Shown here: in pieces, positions 38,317 through 47,756 of the stretch | How positions within the stretch are numbered: the stretch's first letter is position 1 | Layout of the letters: each line of letters begins with the position of its first letter | Source: an uncultured bacterium | GTDB lineage: Bacteria; CSSED10-310; CAZUFC01 | Assembly (NCBI GenBank): GCA_964619725.1 | Contig: CAZUFC010000028.1 | Location: forward strand, 8,535 to 72,534 | Length of the DNA: 64,000 nucleotides | Direction of reading: 5' to 3' | Position numbers and translations under genes: made by a program | Notes under the pieces: generated by a model | Seen by the model: the letters and a program-made list of their open reading frames with translations, nothing else | Database searches by the model: none | Told to the model about the DNA's origin: nothing

Positions 38317-39585
38317 CTATTCACCCCAGGTAAATCCCCAACTGCCTAAATTTCCTACCATATCATTCACGCCCGGATCGGTTATCGCCCCATAAAAGGT
38401 CGCTTCGCCGGTTCCTGCTCCGCCGGGCCAGTAAAACTCCCCGATAATCCTGTAAGTCGACTCGCCCACCGGTATAACCGGGTAAATCGACCGGTAATCA
38501 TCCAGGCTTTCCGTGAACGACGGACCGAAAAAATAACTCCCGTAAACCTCCAGAATGATGAATAACGGATAATTATCTAAAGCGTATCCCTCGCTGTTGC
38601 ACACGATCGCATCCAAAAGACACCAGTCGTTCTGGTGATATTGAACGCAGGGCATCCATAACTGAACGCCCGTTTCATAACAATCATGATACGTAGGAGA
38701 CGGCGCAGGCGTATGAACCGGCGTCGGCGTCGGCGTTGACGTCGGACCGCTCGTCCATCCCGCCATCCTCGCCATCATCCACCAGAACGCTCGCCCCTTT
38801 AAATTGCAGTTTAAAGGCTGAGAATGCGCGCAATCGCAATCCCAGCACAAATCTGAATCGGGGTGCTCCGCACACCACTCCTGAGCCCAGTTCCCGCCGT
38901 CGTAATTGCAATTGTCGTCCGCACCACGGTCCAAAAAATATTCTCCGTCAGGATCGTAACTCTCAATGTCCGCAAAATCGAAAAGTATCTTGTTATGAGC
39001 GACGCAAAAATCTCGAATCTGATTATTGCGTATATGTAAATTCCCCCCTTCTCCGCTGCCGTCCAAATGACCCGTCATATAAATGAATTGAACTCCCGGA
39101 TAGTCGTTCTCCAATTCCGCCATGGCATTCAAATATATGTTTATACCCTCTTCAGTGTTGTCCGATACTCCACCGCACCACGACCACATCACGACATTCC
39201 TGTCATTACCGGGACTGTTCATCTGATCTCGCGTCATCTGTTCCCACGCCAGATCGCCGTTATGACCTAAATCTCCGTATACCTCCTGATACGAAAGGGC
39301 CCCGCCGGAACCGGATTCATTAAAAGTGTAAGGATATCCGTAGTGTGACTGAAGATTCTCTATTCCCGTCGTTATCTGGCTGCCATGCGACGTATGACCG
39401 TACCATATCCTGAAATTTGTCCTTGCCGCATCGATATAACTTTGCGGAACTTCAGCGAGTCCTGTGCAGTTATGATCGATAACTAACGCCGATGCCCCTT
39501 CAAAGCCTGAAATTAATAATATTGATAATATTCCTGTAATTATTATGGTTTTCCCCCGACGATACCAATTAACTTTTCCTTTCAT
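38317..39585 (-). CDS. Secreted uncharacterised Cys-rich protein with Pro/Thr linker and shared C-terminal domain
   Basis: SD GGAGGAG; signal peptide; YGHTSHGSQ, MWSWCG, YMTGH, FDFADIES, CAHS; PTSTPTPTP linker. Confidence 0.85.
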   Translation of the reverse strand: MKGKVNWYRRGKTIIITGILSILLISGFEGASALVIDHNCTGLAEVPQSYIDAARTNFRIWYGHTSHGSQITTGIENLQSHYGYPYTFNESGSGGALSYQEVYGDLGHNGDLAWEQMTRDQMNSPGNDRNVVMWSWCGGVSDNTEEGINIYLNAMAELENDYPGVQFIYMTGHLDGSGEGGNLHIRNNQIRDFCVAHNKILFDFADIESYDPDGEYFLDRGADDNCNYDGGNWAQEWCAEHPDSDLCWDCDCAHSQPLNCNLKGRAFWWMMARMAGWTSGPTSTPTPTPVHTPAPSPTYHDCYETGVQLWMPCVQYHQNDWCLLDAIVCNSEGYALDNYPLFIILEVYGSYFFGPSFTESLDDYRSIYPVIPVGESTYRIIGEFYWPGGAGTGEATFYGAITDPGVNDMVGNLGSWGFTWGE

Positions 39586-39910
39586 GACTCCTCCCAAATA
39601 TTAAAGTTTTACTTTATATTTCTTGCCGGGTGAAAAAGGAACCGGCTTCCGGCGGCGGCAATTGGGTTGACCGACAGAGATTTGATGCTGAGAGGGACCC
39701 GTCTTGTCAAGGATTCTCAGCAGGACCGGCTTTTTTTTCATTCCCGAGAAATATCAAACCGAACTGTTGAACGGCGCCTGGTGAAGATTTACTTCGGACG
39801 TGCAAGGAATTTTGAACGCCCGGCATTCCCTGTCATCATATTAATCAAATTTCAGGAAGACTTCAAGAATCAATTTTAAGAGCGATGAATCTAAATAAGG
39901 GGGTGATGAA

Positions 39911-41575
39911 ATGCAAAAGAAATATTTATTTTTTTTGATATTGGCGGCGGTTTTGACGTGGAATGTTAAGGCGCCTTGTGAAGCCAACGTGCGGTTCGAT
40001 TCCTGGACGACGGGTCCGGTAATATATCCTGGATTTGGAGGAGCTTATGATGCAGGGTCAGCGCTTGACCCTGAGATATACTGGGATGGAGATGAATTTC
40101 GCCTGTATTACACGGCGGTTGATGCTGCAGGAAGGCATCACATTGCACTGGCGCTGTCGCCGGATGCATTGACGTGGAGGCCGTATGGGATTGTCTTTAA
40201 GGGCGGTGAGGAAGGATTTGACGCAGGCGGCGTATCCGACCCGGCGATAGTAAGAGCAGAGGAAGGGTTCAGACTTTACTACACCGGGCATTCAATTTCT
40301 GAGACGTTATCTGTCGGTTTAGTGGAATCTCCTGACGGTTATTGGTTTTCCAGAAACACGGGTAAACCCCGAAGAGTATTATCGGGATCAGGCAATCCTG
40401 GGCTTTTCGATGAGACGGGAGCGAGCAATCCTTCGGTATTGTTAAGAAACGGAGTGTTCATGATGATGTATCAGGGACACGACGGAACAGTGTGGAAGCG
40501 TTTGGGATTAGCTATATCTCAGGATGGCGAGAGCTTTTTAAAGATTCAGGGTGATGAAGGAAAAGGCGCGGTATTCGGATTGGGGCCGCATGGGTTCGAT
40601 GATGCCGGGGCTTTGGCTCCAGAATTGTGGTCGATTGATGATGATGTTCGGATGTTTTATACAAGTCTCCATTACTGACTGGCCAGCCCGATGTATCGCA
40701 TAGGTTATGCGACGAACGGATTCTTTGATTGGATCAGAAGAGGCCCTACCGTGGAAACGGGCCATTTGCCGGGATGGGATCAGATGCACGTAAGATCGCC
40801 GTCGGTTTTTTCCATTATGGGATTCACGCTTCTCGCCTATGAAGGTTGGGATGAATCCGGACCCACTGGAATAGGTTTTGCCCTGGGTCGGGAACGCTGG
40901 TTGATTCCTTCGGAAAGTGAATTATATTTCTACTCAAAACAGGGGTACGATGCGCCTTCGCAGGAAATTGAAGTGCACAACAGAGGTTTGGGTCCGTTAT
41001 CGATAAGTGAGATTCAATTACCTGAGTCAGGTTTTCAGGTTTCTGTTCCCGATACGCCGTTAACATTGGAGTCAGATGAAAAAACCGTTATTGAGGTCCT
41101 GTTCGAACCGGATAATTTCGGCTCCTATGAAGATGAAATGGTAATTTTGAGCAACGATCCGCTGGAGAGCAGGATACTCCTTGAACTGCAAGGGTATTAT
41201 TCGAATATTTCCTCAGCCGATGAATTAAATTTGAACCTCAACATGCCCGCCGATTTCTATAATCCATCGGACTATTTCTATCTGGATATTACTGTTGAAA
41301 ACTCAACGCCGATACCCATTACCGATCAGCGTCTGTTCGTGATATTGGAAATTGACGGAAATTACTGGTTTGCTCCTGAATGGCAGGCTGAACCCGGCAT
41401 AGCCTCCTGGTATGAAATCGCTATTGAACCGGGCATTCAAACGATAAACGTTATTCCTCAATCGAGCTGGCCGGAAACTACAACGTCGCTTGATGCCGTT
41501 TTTTACGCCGGCATTACTGATCCGAAAGCTGAACGACTGTTGAGCAACGTGGCGAAATGGGAATTCGGTTGGTAA
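39911..41575 (+). CDS. Secreted five-bladed beta-propeller (GH43/32/130-like) + Ig-like domain + shared C-terminal domain; in-frame TGA at codon 256 (candidate selenocysteine)
   Basis: ORFs 39911-40678 and 40691-41575 are in the same frame, separated only by TGA 40676-40678 and four sense codons; blade 4 continues across the TGA. Confidence 0.8.
40688..40719 (+). promoter_or_regulatory. Candidate bacterial SECIS hairpin
   Basis: TCGCATA-GGT-TATGCGA (40696-40712), loop starting 24 nt after the TGA; looser lower stem CCG/CGG. Confidence 0.55.
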
Positions 41576-41651
41576 GGTTGATTCAACGAAATTCGAAGCG
41601 CCTGTCCGCCATTGGAAGCCGAGTAAAAATAAGATCGTGGACAGGCGCCGA

Positions 41652-42380
41652 CTACATTCGTTTCCAGGCCTCAAAGGCTTCGGATATTCTTTCAAATAAG
41701 AATTCAACGGCTTTTTCCATGAAAATTTCCGCTTTTTTCTCATCAAAGTCCGGTTTTATTGATTTCTCGTCATAAAGCAGAACAGTGCCGGGATGAGGGT
41801 AGGCTACGATTCCCTTTTTCGGTGAATAACAAGAGATATCATCATATTTTTCTTTTTTAACCAGCTCTGGTCTGTAAGCGAGAATGACGGCAGTTTCTTC
41901 GCAGGCTGCATGACCGCCTTTTCCTTCATATACGGCTGCAACGGCATCGTCAACTGCGTCCCACCAGTGAACGACGATAACGCGTGCGTTTTTGTCTTTC
42001 ATAATGTTCAAAGCGGCCCAATTAAGGGCTTCGACGTTGCCTCCGTGGCCGTTGACCAGGACGAATTCACGAAATCCCGCCTCTATAAATGATTCAAGCA
42101 GTTCCAGTACGAAATTATTATACGTTTCCTTTTTAAAGGTTGAGGCTCCTTTATAACGAAACAGTCCGTTGGTGACGCCGTATGAAAGCACGGGGGCAGA
42201 CATTATTGAAAAGCGCTCAGCGATTTTATCCGAAAAAGCTTGAGCACAGAAGCCGTCTGTTCCCATGGGCAAATGCCGTCCATGAGCTTCCAGGGTCCCG
42301 AAAGGAATCGCAATGGCTTGTTTTTTTTCGAGATATTCTGACGTTTCCTGCTGTGTGAGTTCATCCAATCGAAGAATCAT
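41652..42380 (-). CDS. Creatininase family protein
   Basis: P.G.LEAHG.HLP.GTD, NGHGGN, GHA..EET. Confidence 0.92.
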   Translation of the reverse strand: MILRLDELTQQETSEYLEKKQAIAIPFGTLEAHGRHLPMGTDGFCAQAFSDKIAERFSIMSAPVLSYGVTNGLFRYKGASTFKKETYNNFVLELLESFIEAGFREFVLVNGHGGNVEALNWAALNIMKDKNARVIVVHWWDAVDDAVAAVYEGKGGHAACEETAVILAYRPELVKKEKYDDISCYSPKKGIVAYPHPGTVLLYDEKSIKPDFDEKKAEIFMEKAVEFLFERISEAFEAWKRM

Positions 42381-42462
42381 AATAGCCCTCCATGCTATAA
42401 AAATTCTGAATCGGAAATCAAACGCCGAGGAGACCCATCAAATCTTTCCCAGCGAATCGTAA

Positions 42463-42499
42463 TAAAAAGCGACATGCGCTGCTGCACAGCGCATGTCGC
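42463..42499 (-). terminator. Rho-independent terminator after the C1 peptidase gene
   Basis: Perfect 13-bp stem GCGACATGCGCTG/CAGCGCATGTCGC with 5-nt loop, followed by TTTTTA on the minus strand. Confidence 0.8.
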
Positions 42500-42556
42500 A
42501 TTATGTTCATACGTCTGCTTCCCGTTTCAAGGGAAGCGCAACGGTTCAGGCGACCT

Positions 42557-44647
42557 TTAGAAGTATTCGGTGTCAGTTCCCCCGCAGTCGCTCCTGACCT
42601 CGACGAAAACCGGCATCGGAGACCATGTTTCCTTTAATACGTAAAGGTCTTTACTCGCCCTGTAAGTCATTTCGCCAACATAATCTTCACCGTTCGCCCA
42701 TACCGTCAGCGTAGCCCCAGCTTCGTCGCATACCGCGCTGACTCTCAAGCTGTTCCAGAGTGCGAAATAGGCGATGCGATCAACATCAACAGTGCAATCC
42801 TGCGGATCGGGAGTCGGAGAAGGCGTCGGCGTCGGCGTGTTGGGCGGCTGTGTCGGAGTGGCCGTGGGATCGCCTCCGGGGACTCCCACCAGTTTGAACT
42901 CGTCTATGTTCCAACCTCCAAAAACTACTCCTCCGTCGGAAATCATTTCGAACTTGACCGTGACGTCGGGATTGTCGTCCGCTATGGAAGAAATATCCAG
43001 ATCAATGGCGTGCCATGAAGTATCCACCAGGTCCGCGTTATAAGGATTCGTCCAGACCTGCTGATCGTTGACTAAAATGTTGGCGTGATCATATTGCCCT
43101 TTTTCCACCGTCAGCCATCTCATGAATTGCAGATGCACGTTCGAGTATCCGGAACAGTTGATCGAAGGCGATTGCAAATAGTTGTGCACGTTGTTCTTGT
43201 AGTTGCCGTCCCATCCGGAAGGCGCCAGATCGTTACCCCACATTTTGCTGCCCATATAGGCTGATCCCGGATCATAATTGTTGGCCCCGGTCGGACTGCC
43301 TCTCTGCCAGTCATCCTGAGTGTATACCTCATAATGGGTCCAACCGTCGTCGCCGGCCGCTTCAAACCCGTTGTAATAAATCTCCGGAGGCTGTCCTACA
43401 GTTATGCTGAACGATCCGTACCATTCCCCCTCATTACTGTTGAGCCTCAACATGAAGGGTATTTTCGTTCCGATCTCTATCGAATCGTCGAAAGTCATAT
43501 TGAAATGCGGCGATAATGATGTTCTCGCTTCTCCTCCAGGAATATCAGGAAATACCGAGTGATTATCGTTAAGCGCAACATTCTGGTTGAAACAGAAAAC
43601 CCCGGCGCTCACGCCAGTGGCTGCTGAATTTCCTGAATTATACAAATCCATCGTCAAGGTGATGGTTGCGCCAGGATCAGCATTGCCCTGCACGTCATGC
43701 CCCGCGTAAAGCAGTTCCACGGTCGGTCCTGACGGCGTGTAATACAGTTTGCACGCAGCGTATCCGATCTGACACGAACCGTATTTGATCCTGAAGAATC
43801 CGTTTTCACCCCAGCCTGCTCCCCAACTGTTCTTGACGATCCAGGCGCCCTGGCCGCTGCAATCGTTGTCGTCCCATCCGACTATCATTACCGCATGATT
43901 CACGCTGCTTGAACCCGTGTGAGAATAGCATCCGCCCGAATAGTATGAAAAATCCGAATATACTGTCATCGCACAAGGAACCGGACCGTAATTCATCACA
44001 GCATCCTTAATTGAATTAACGCTCGTGTTGATGTATTCCCAACCGTCAAGACTCGCCAGTATGTCGCATTGATCCTGGATACACTGCACATAATCGCTCG
44101 CCTGATAAGGCATGCAGGATTCCCCTACCGAACCCGGATTCACCAGCAGGTTCAATGCATCCATCCAACCGCCGTTGCAGCCGTAACCGTAATTGTTGCA
44201 CGATACCATCTGCTGCTCCGATAAATCAGGCGTCCAACCGTCATAAATCATCACCATGGATTCTAATCCGGCCAATGTTCCGAATGCCCAGCAACTTCCG
44301 CAGTTGCCCTGTGCCTTCACCGGAGATACTCCGTTCATCGTTCGCCAGTCGAAAGATGACGGATATGACTTGGTGTTCACCGCCGGATCAATCGGCGGCT
44401 CTACATAATCCTTCGGCGGTATTAATCCGCAACGATTCATGAATTCATCTAAAGGAAGCGCCGACATCGACGTCTCACCCGCTGTCCAATCCAGTCCTTC
44501 TCGCTCAATTCGCTCCTGTACATCCTCCAGTTCCATGTCATGCGCTTCCCGATCAAAAACGGGCATCGCTTTCGTCGGCCCGCCAATCAATAAAATTATT
44601 CCTAATGTAACTACTCCAAGAAACCCTAATGACCTTTTCAAATTCAT
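42557..44647 (-). CDS. Secreted C1A papain-family cysteine peptidase, multidomain
   Basis: FDWR, QGNCGSCWAF, LSEQ, NHAV..VGW, KNSWG..WGE.G; jelly-roll-like domain, Pro/Thr linker. Confidence 0.93.
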   Translation of the reverse strand: MNLKRSLGFLGVVTLGIILLIGGPTKAMPVFDREAHDMELEDVQERIEREGLDWTAGETSMSALPLDEFMNRCGLIPPKDYVEPPIDPAVNTKSYPSSFDWRTMNGVSPVKAQGNCGSCWAFGTLAGLESMVMIYDGWTPDLSEQQMVSCNNYGYGCNGGWMDALNLLVNPGSVGESCMPYQASDYVQCIQDQCDILASLDGWEYINTSVNSIKDAVMNYGPVPCAMTVYSDFSYYSGGCYSHTGSSSVNHAVMIVGWDDNDCSGQGAWIVKNSWGAGWGENGFFRIKYGSCQIGYAACKLYYTPSGPTVELLYAGHDVQGNADPGATITLTMDLYNSGNSAATGVSAGVFCFNQNVALNDNHSVFPDIPGGEARTSLSPHFNMTFDDSIEIGTKIPFMLRLNSNEGEWYGSFSITVGQPPEIYYNGFEAAGDDGWTHYEVYTQDDWQRGSPTGANNYDPGSAYMGSKMWGNDLAPSGWDGNYKNNVHNYLQSPSINCSGYSNVHLQFMRWLTVEKGQYDHANILVNDQQVWTNPYNADLVDTSWHAIDLDISSIADDNPDVTVKFEMISDGGVVFGGWNIDEFKLVGVPGGDPTATPTQPPNTPTPTPSPTPDPQDCTVDVDRIAYFALWNSLRVSAVCDEAGATLTVWANGEDYVGEMTYRASKDLYVLKETWSPMPVFVEVRSDCGGTDTEYF

Positions 44648-45070
44648 TTTACCTCCTTTGGACTCCACCATTAATTCAGTGGCCCAGCTACATTATATAG
44701 CAAAATATCTGCCGATTTCCAAAAATTGAGGAATTTTTTTTAATCTATTGCAAACAAAGCCTTTTATGAAAAAACGCCGTTTCTTATACGGCTGATTTCC
44801 GTAAAAAAAATCGAATCGTCATGCAAAAAATGCATTGATTTTCCATTTTATCGCGTGTTTAGCTGCCTTTGCCGTCAGAGGCGCCCGGACATTGCATGCA
44901 AAAGTTGCAGCCATGCGGGAGCGTTCTGATTCCTTGATATGAAATGCTTTTTGGGATAATTACCGATTGATTCAATTTTCCTGAGCTCTTGTTGACGATT
45001 TATAACTTGTGAATCGCCGCGACAGAGATTATAATGATAAGGAGAAATCGAACTTCGGCGTTTTAAGTGC

Positions 45071-45532
45071 ATGAAGAAACAAACAAAGAAACCTAACGAA
45101 ATAGTGATGACGATTCCAATGAAGCAAAATCTGGAGCTTACGGGTTCACTGATGGCTGCAGTGATTGCGGAGTCTATGGATTTCAGCGACGACCAGGTCG
45201 ATGAGATGAAGATAGCGGTCATAGAGGGATGTTTAAATGCTTTTGAGCACAGCGGGAGTCGGGACCACAAGGTGAATTTGCGTTTTATCATGAAAGAGGG
45301 TGAATTGCAGATAATAATCCAGGATCACGGTAAAGGCGGCGAGGCCAAGGATTTTCAATCTGATCGCATTGCATTTCAGTCGGGCAAGCTGAAGAAAAGG
45401 GGATGGGGATTAACGCTGATATCGGAGTTAATGGATGGTGTCAGGATTTATTCCGGATCAAGAGGCACGACATTAATCATGGTAAAAAAAACTCAAAACG
45501 GTATGGAGGAATCAAGGAATGCAGACGCCTGA
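45071..45532 (+). CDS. RsbW-like anti-sigma factor Ser/Thr kinase
   Basis: IAVIEGCLNAFEH, D.GKG, GWGL.LI..LMD. Confidence 0.88.
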   Translation: MKKQTKKPNEIVMTIPMKQNLELTGSLMAAVIAESMDFSDDQVDEMKIAVIEGCLNAFEHSGSRDHKVNLRFIMKEGELQIIIQDHGKGGEAKDFQSDRIAFQSGKLKKRGWGLTLISELMDGVRIYSGSRGTTLIMVKKTQNGMEESRNADA

Positions 45533-45896
45533 GCTTTCGGTCCTGAAACAGGATTCTTTGGTGATTCTTGAAACTCATGGATACATCAACAATTTAGCCG
45601 GCGAGAAGATAGCGGAAAAGTGCTTTGAGTTGACGGATAAAGGATATAAGAATTTCATATTAGACCTGGCAGATTCGAAGGTTGTAAACAGCATCGGGAT
45701 ATCGATATTAATTGAAATAATTGAAAAAATCATAGAGATAGAGGGCAAGCTGTCTTTTTGCAATCTGACGCCGACGATTGACAAGACGTTTCGGATCATG
45801 GGTTTATTCCAGTTTACGAGAGCTTTTCCTTCAAGAGAAGAAGCATTGGCGGCCTTTGAATCGGAAATCAGCGGGCAGAATAATTCTTCTCCATAG
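45519..45896 (+). CDS. RsbV-like STAS anti-anti-sigma factor
   Basis: LDL....NSIGISIL; F.IMGL. Confidence 0.88.
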   Translation: MQTPELSVLKQDSLVILETHGYINNLAGEKIAEKCFELTDKGYKNFILDLADSKVVNSIGISILIEIIEKIIEIEGKLSFCNLTPTIDKTFRIMGLFQFTRAFPSREEALAAFESEISGQNNSSP

Positions 45897-45975
45897 GCCA
45901 GGGGTTTTGATAAACGGCTGCGGGAAATTCTTTTATCTCTTATTTTAACGTTGACATCACTGATTGCATTGAGTC

Positions 45976-47748
45976 ATGGATGAATTCCAGGAAAAATTAA
46001 GGATAATACTGAGTTCAATCGAAGAGATGTCTGAGGCGTCTCATTTTGCCGGCAACATAAAGAAATCGGGGCGATATTTGCTTCGATTGCTGCTGGGGAC
46101 GATAGCATCGCCTCGCGGCGCCATCCTGGTGCGTTTTTTACAATCGAATGAAATTCGTCCTCATGTAATGGTGGGTATGAACAAAGAGGCTGATTTTCGT
46201 TTACAGCCCGAAAAAGAGGTAACCGACTATTATATTAAGAATCCATTTCCGCATGCTATCGCTTCTCCCCCTGCAACGACAGCCCATTTTTTCGATTCAG
46301 TCAATTCGGATTGGAATCGACTGGGATTAACGTTAGTACAACCGATGACAGCGAGAATGGAATTCATCGGTTTCGTATGTCTTGGAGACAAGATATCGAA
46401 TGAATGTTACAATGAGTCGGATTATGAATTGATACGATTATTGAGTCACCCTATCACGAATGCGTATTTTCAGCACATGACGATGCAGAAGATGCAGAAG
46501 AACCGGTTTGAATTGAATCGGAAGGTTCTGGAGATGGAGACGTTATACGAGGTGGGATTGGCGATTAATTCTTTGAGAGATATTGACTCATTGATGGAGG
46601 AGGTACTGGTCCGATCGACGAGTCTACTTGATGCCAGGCATGGATTGCTGGTATTACGAGAATCGAGCAATTCACATTTCAGTCTGTTACGATCTTTCGG
46701 GATAGACATGGAATCTGAAAGCGAGAAGCTGCCTTCAAACGTTAAAGATTTTCTGGGAGCCATAAAGGATAAAAGCGTCGAAGAAATCGAATCGCCCGAA
46801 GAAATTATCGAAAAATTGAAGGGCAAGCGCTTGTTGATCGTTCCTCTCCGGTTTGAATCCAAGTTACTGGGATTCTTATGTGTTTGCGACAAAGAGGAGC
46901 GTCACGGCGGAGTAAGCGATTTTTCTGCGGCGGACGAAAGGTTATTGAGTGCATTCGCTAATCTGGCTTCGGTGGCGTTGGAGAACACCAGGCTTCAGAG
47001 GGAGGCCATTGAGAAGGAGCGACTGGCGCGAGAAATGGAGCTGGCTGCAGAAATACAGAAGGAGTTGTTGCCGGAGAGCGTACCGAAGATAGAGGGTTAT
47101 TCTGCGGCGGTAAAGACTATTCAGAGCCTCCAGGTAGGGGGAGATTTTTACGATGTTCTGGATATAGGCGAAGGCCGAGTAGTCTTTGCAATTGCAGACG
47201 TAACGGGAAAAGGAGTGCCTGCAGGTCTTCTGGTTTCCACTCTGCATGCCGGACTGCACCTGTCTCGCCCGCACCTGGGCACACCTGTAAAAGCGGTATC
47301 CGAATTAAACAGGCTGATATACGAGGCATCCAAAAGCAACAAATTCATAAGCATGGCGCTGGCGTTGCTTGATACCGAAAAACATACCCTGACTTACGTC
47401 AACGCCGGGCACAATCATCCGATTTTAATCTCAGACAACAATGAATCCCGGGAACTCGGCACAGGAGGATTAATACTCGGAGTCATGCCCGACTGGGAGT
47501 ATAAATCGGAAACCATCCCCATAAACAAGGGCGACGTGATCGTTTTCTTTACGGATGGATTAGCGGAAGCCCGCAACCCGGAGGGAGAGGAATTCGGCAA
47601 CGCCAGAATTCTGGAAGCGGTGAACAAGCGACGGGAACTGGACAGTCGCCGCATACTCGAAGAAACATACCAGGAGCGTCATTCCTTTACATGCTTTGCG
47701 CCGCTGGCGGACGACACGACAATAATGATACTGAAAAGAGAAAAATAA
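45976..47748 (+). CDS. RsbU/SpoIIE-family PP2C phosphatase with GAF domains
   Basis: A.EIQ..LLP, VGGDFYD, ADVTGKG, NAGH, FTDG..E, DDTT. Confidence 0.93.
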   Translation: MDEFQEKLRIILSSIEEMSEASHFAGNIKKSGRYLLRLLLGTIASPRGAILVRFLQSNEIRPHVMVGMNKEADFRLQPEKEVTDYYIKNPFPHAIASPPATTAHFFDSVNSDWNRLGLTLVQPMTARMEFIGFVCLGDKISNECYNESDYELIRLLSHPITNAYFQHMTMQKMQKNRFELNRKVLEMETLYEVGLAINSLRDIDSLMEEVLVRSTSLLDARHGLLVLRESSNSHFSLLRSFGIDMESESEKLPSNVKDFLGAIKDKSVEEIESPEEIIEKLKGKRLLIVPLRFESKLLGFLCVCDKEERHGGVSDFSAADERLLSAFANLASVALENTRLQREAIEKERLAREMELAAEIQKELLPESVPKIEGYSAAVKTIQSLQVGGDFYDVLDIGEGRVVFAIADVTGKGVPAGLLVSTLHAGLHLSRPHLGTPVKAVSELNRLIYEASKSNKFISMALALLDTEKHTLTYVNAGHNHPILISDNNESRELGTGGLILGVMPDWEYKSETIPINKGDVIVFFTDGLAEARNPEGEEFGNARILEAVNKRRELDSRRILEETYQERHSFTCFAPLADDTTIMILKREK

Positions 47749-47756
47749 TTCCGGGA

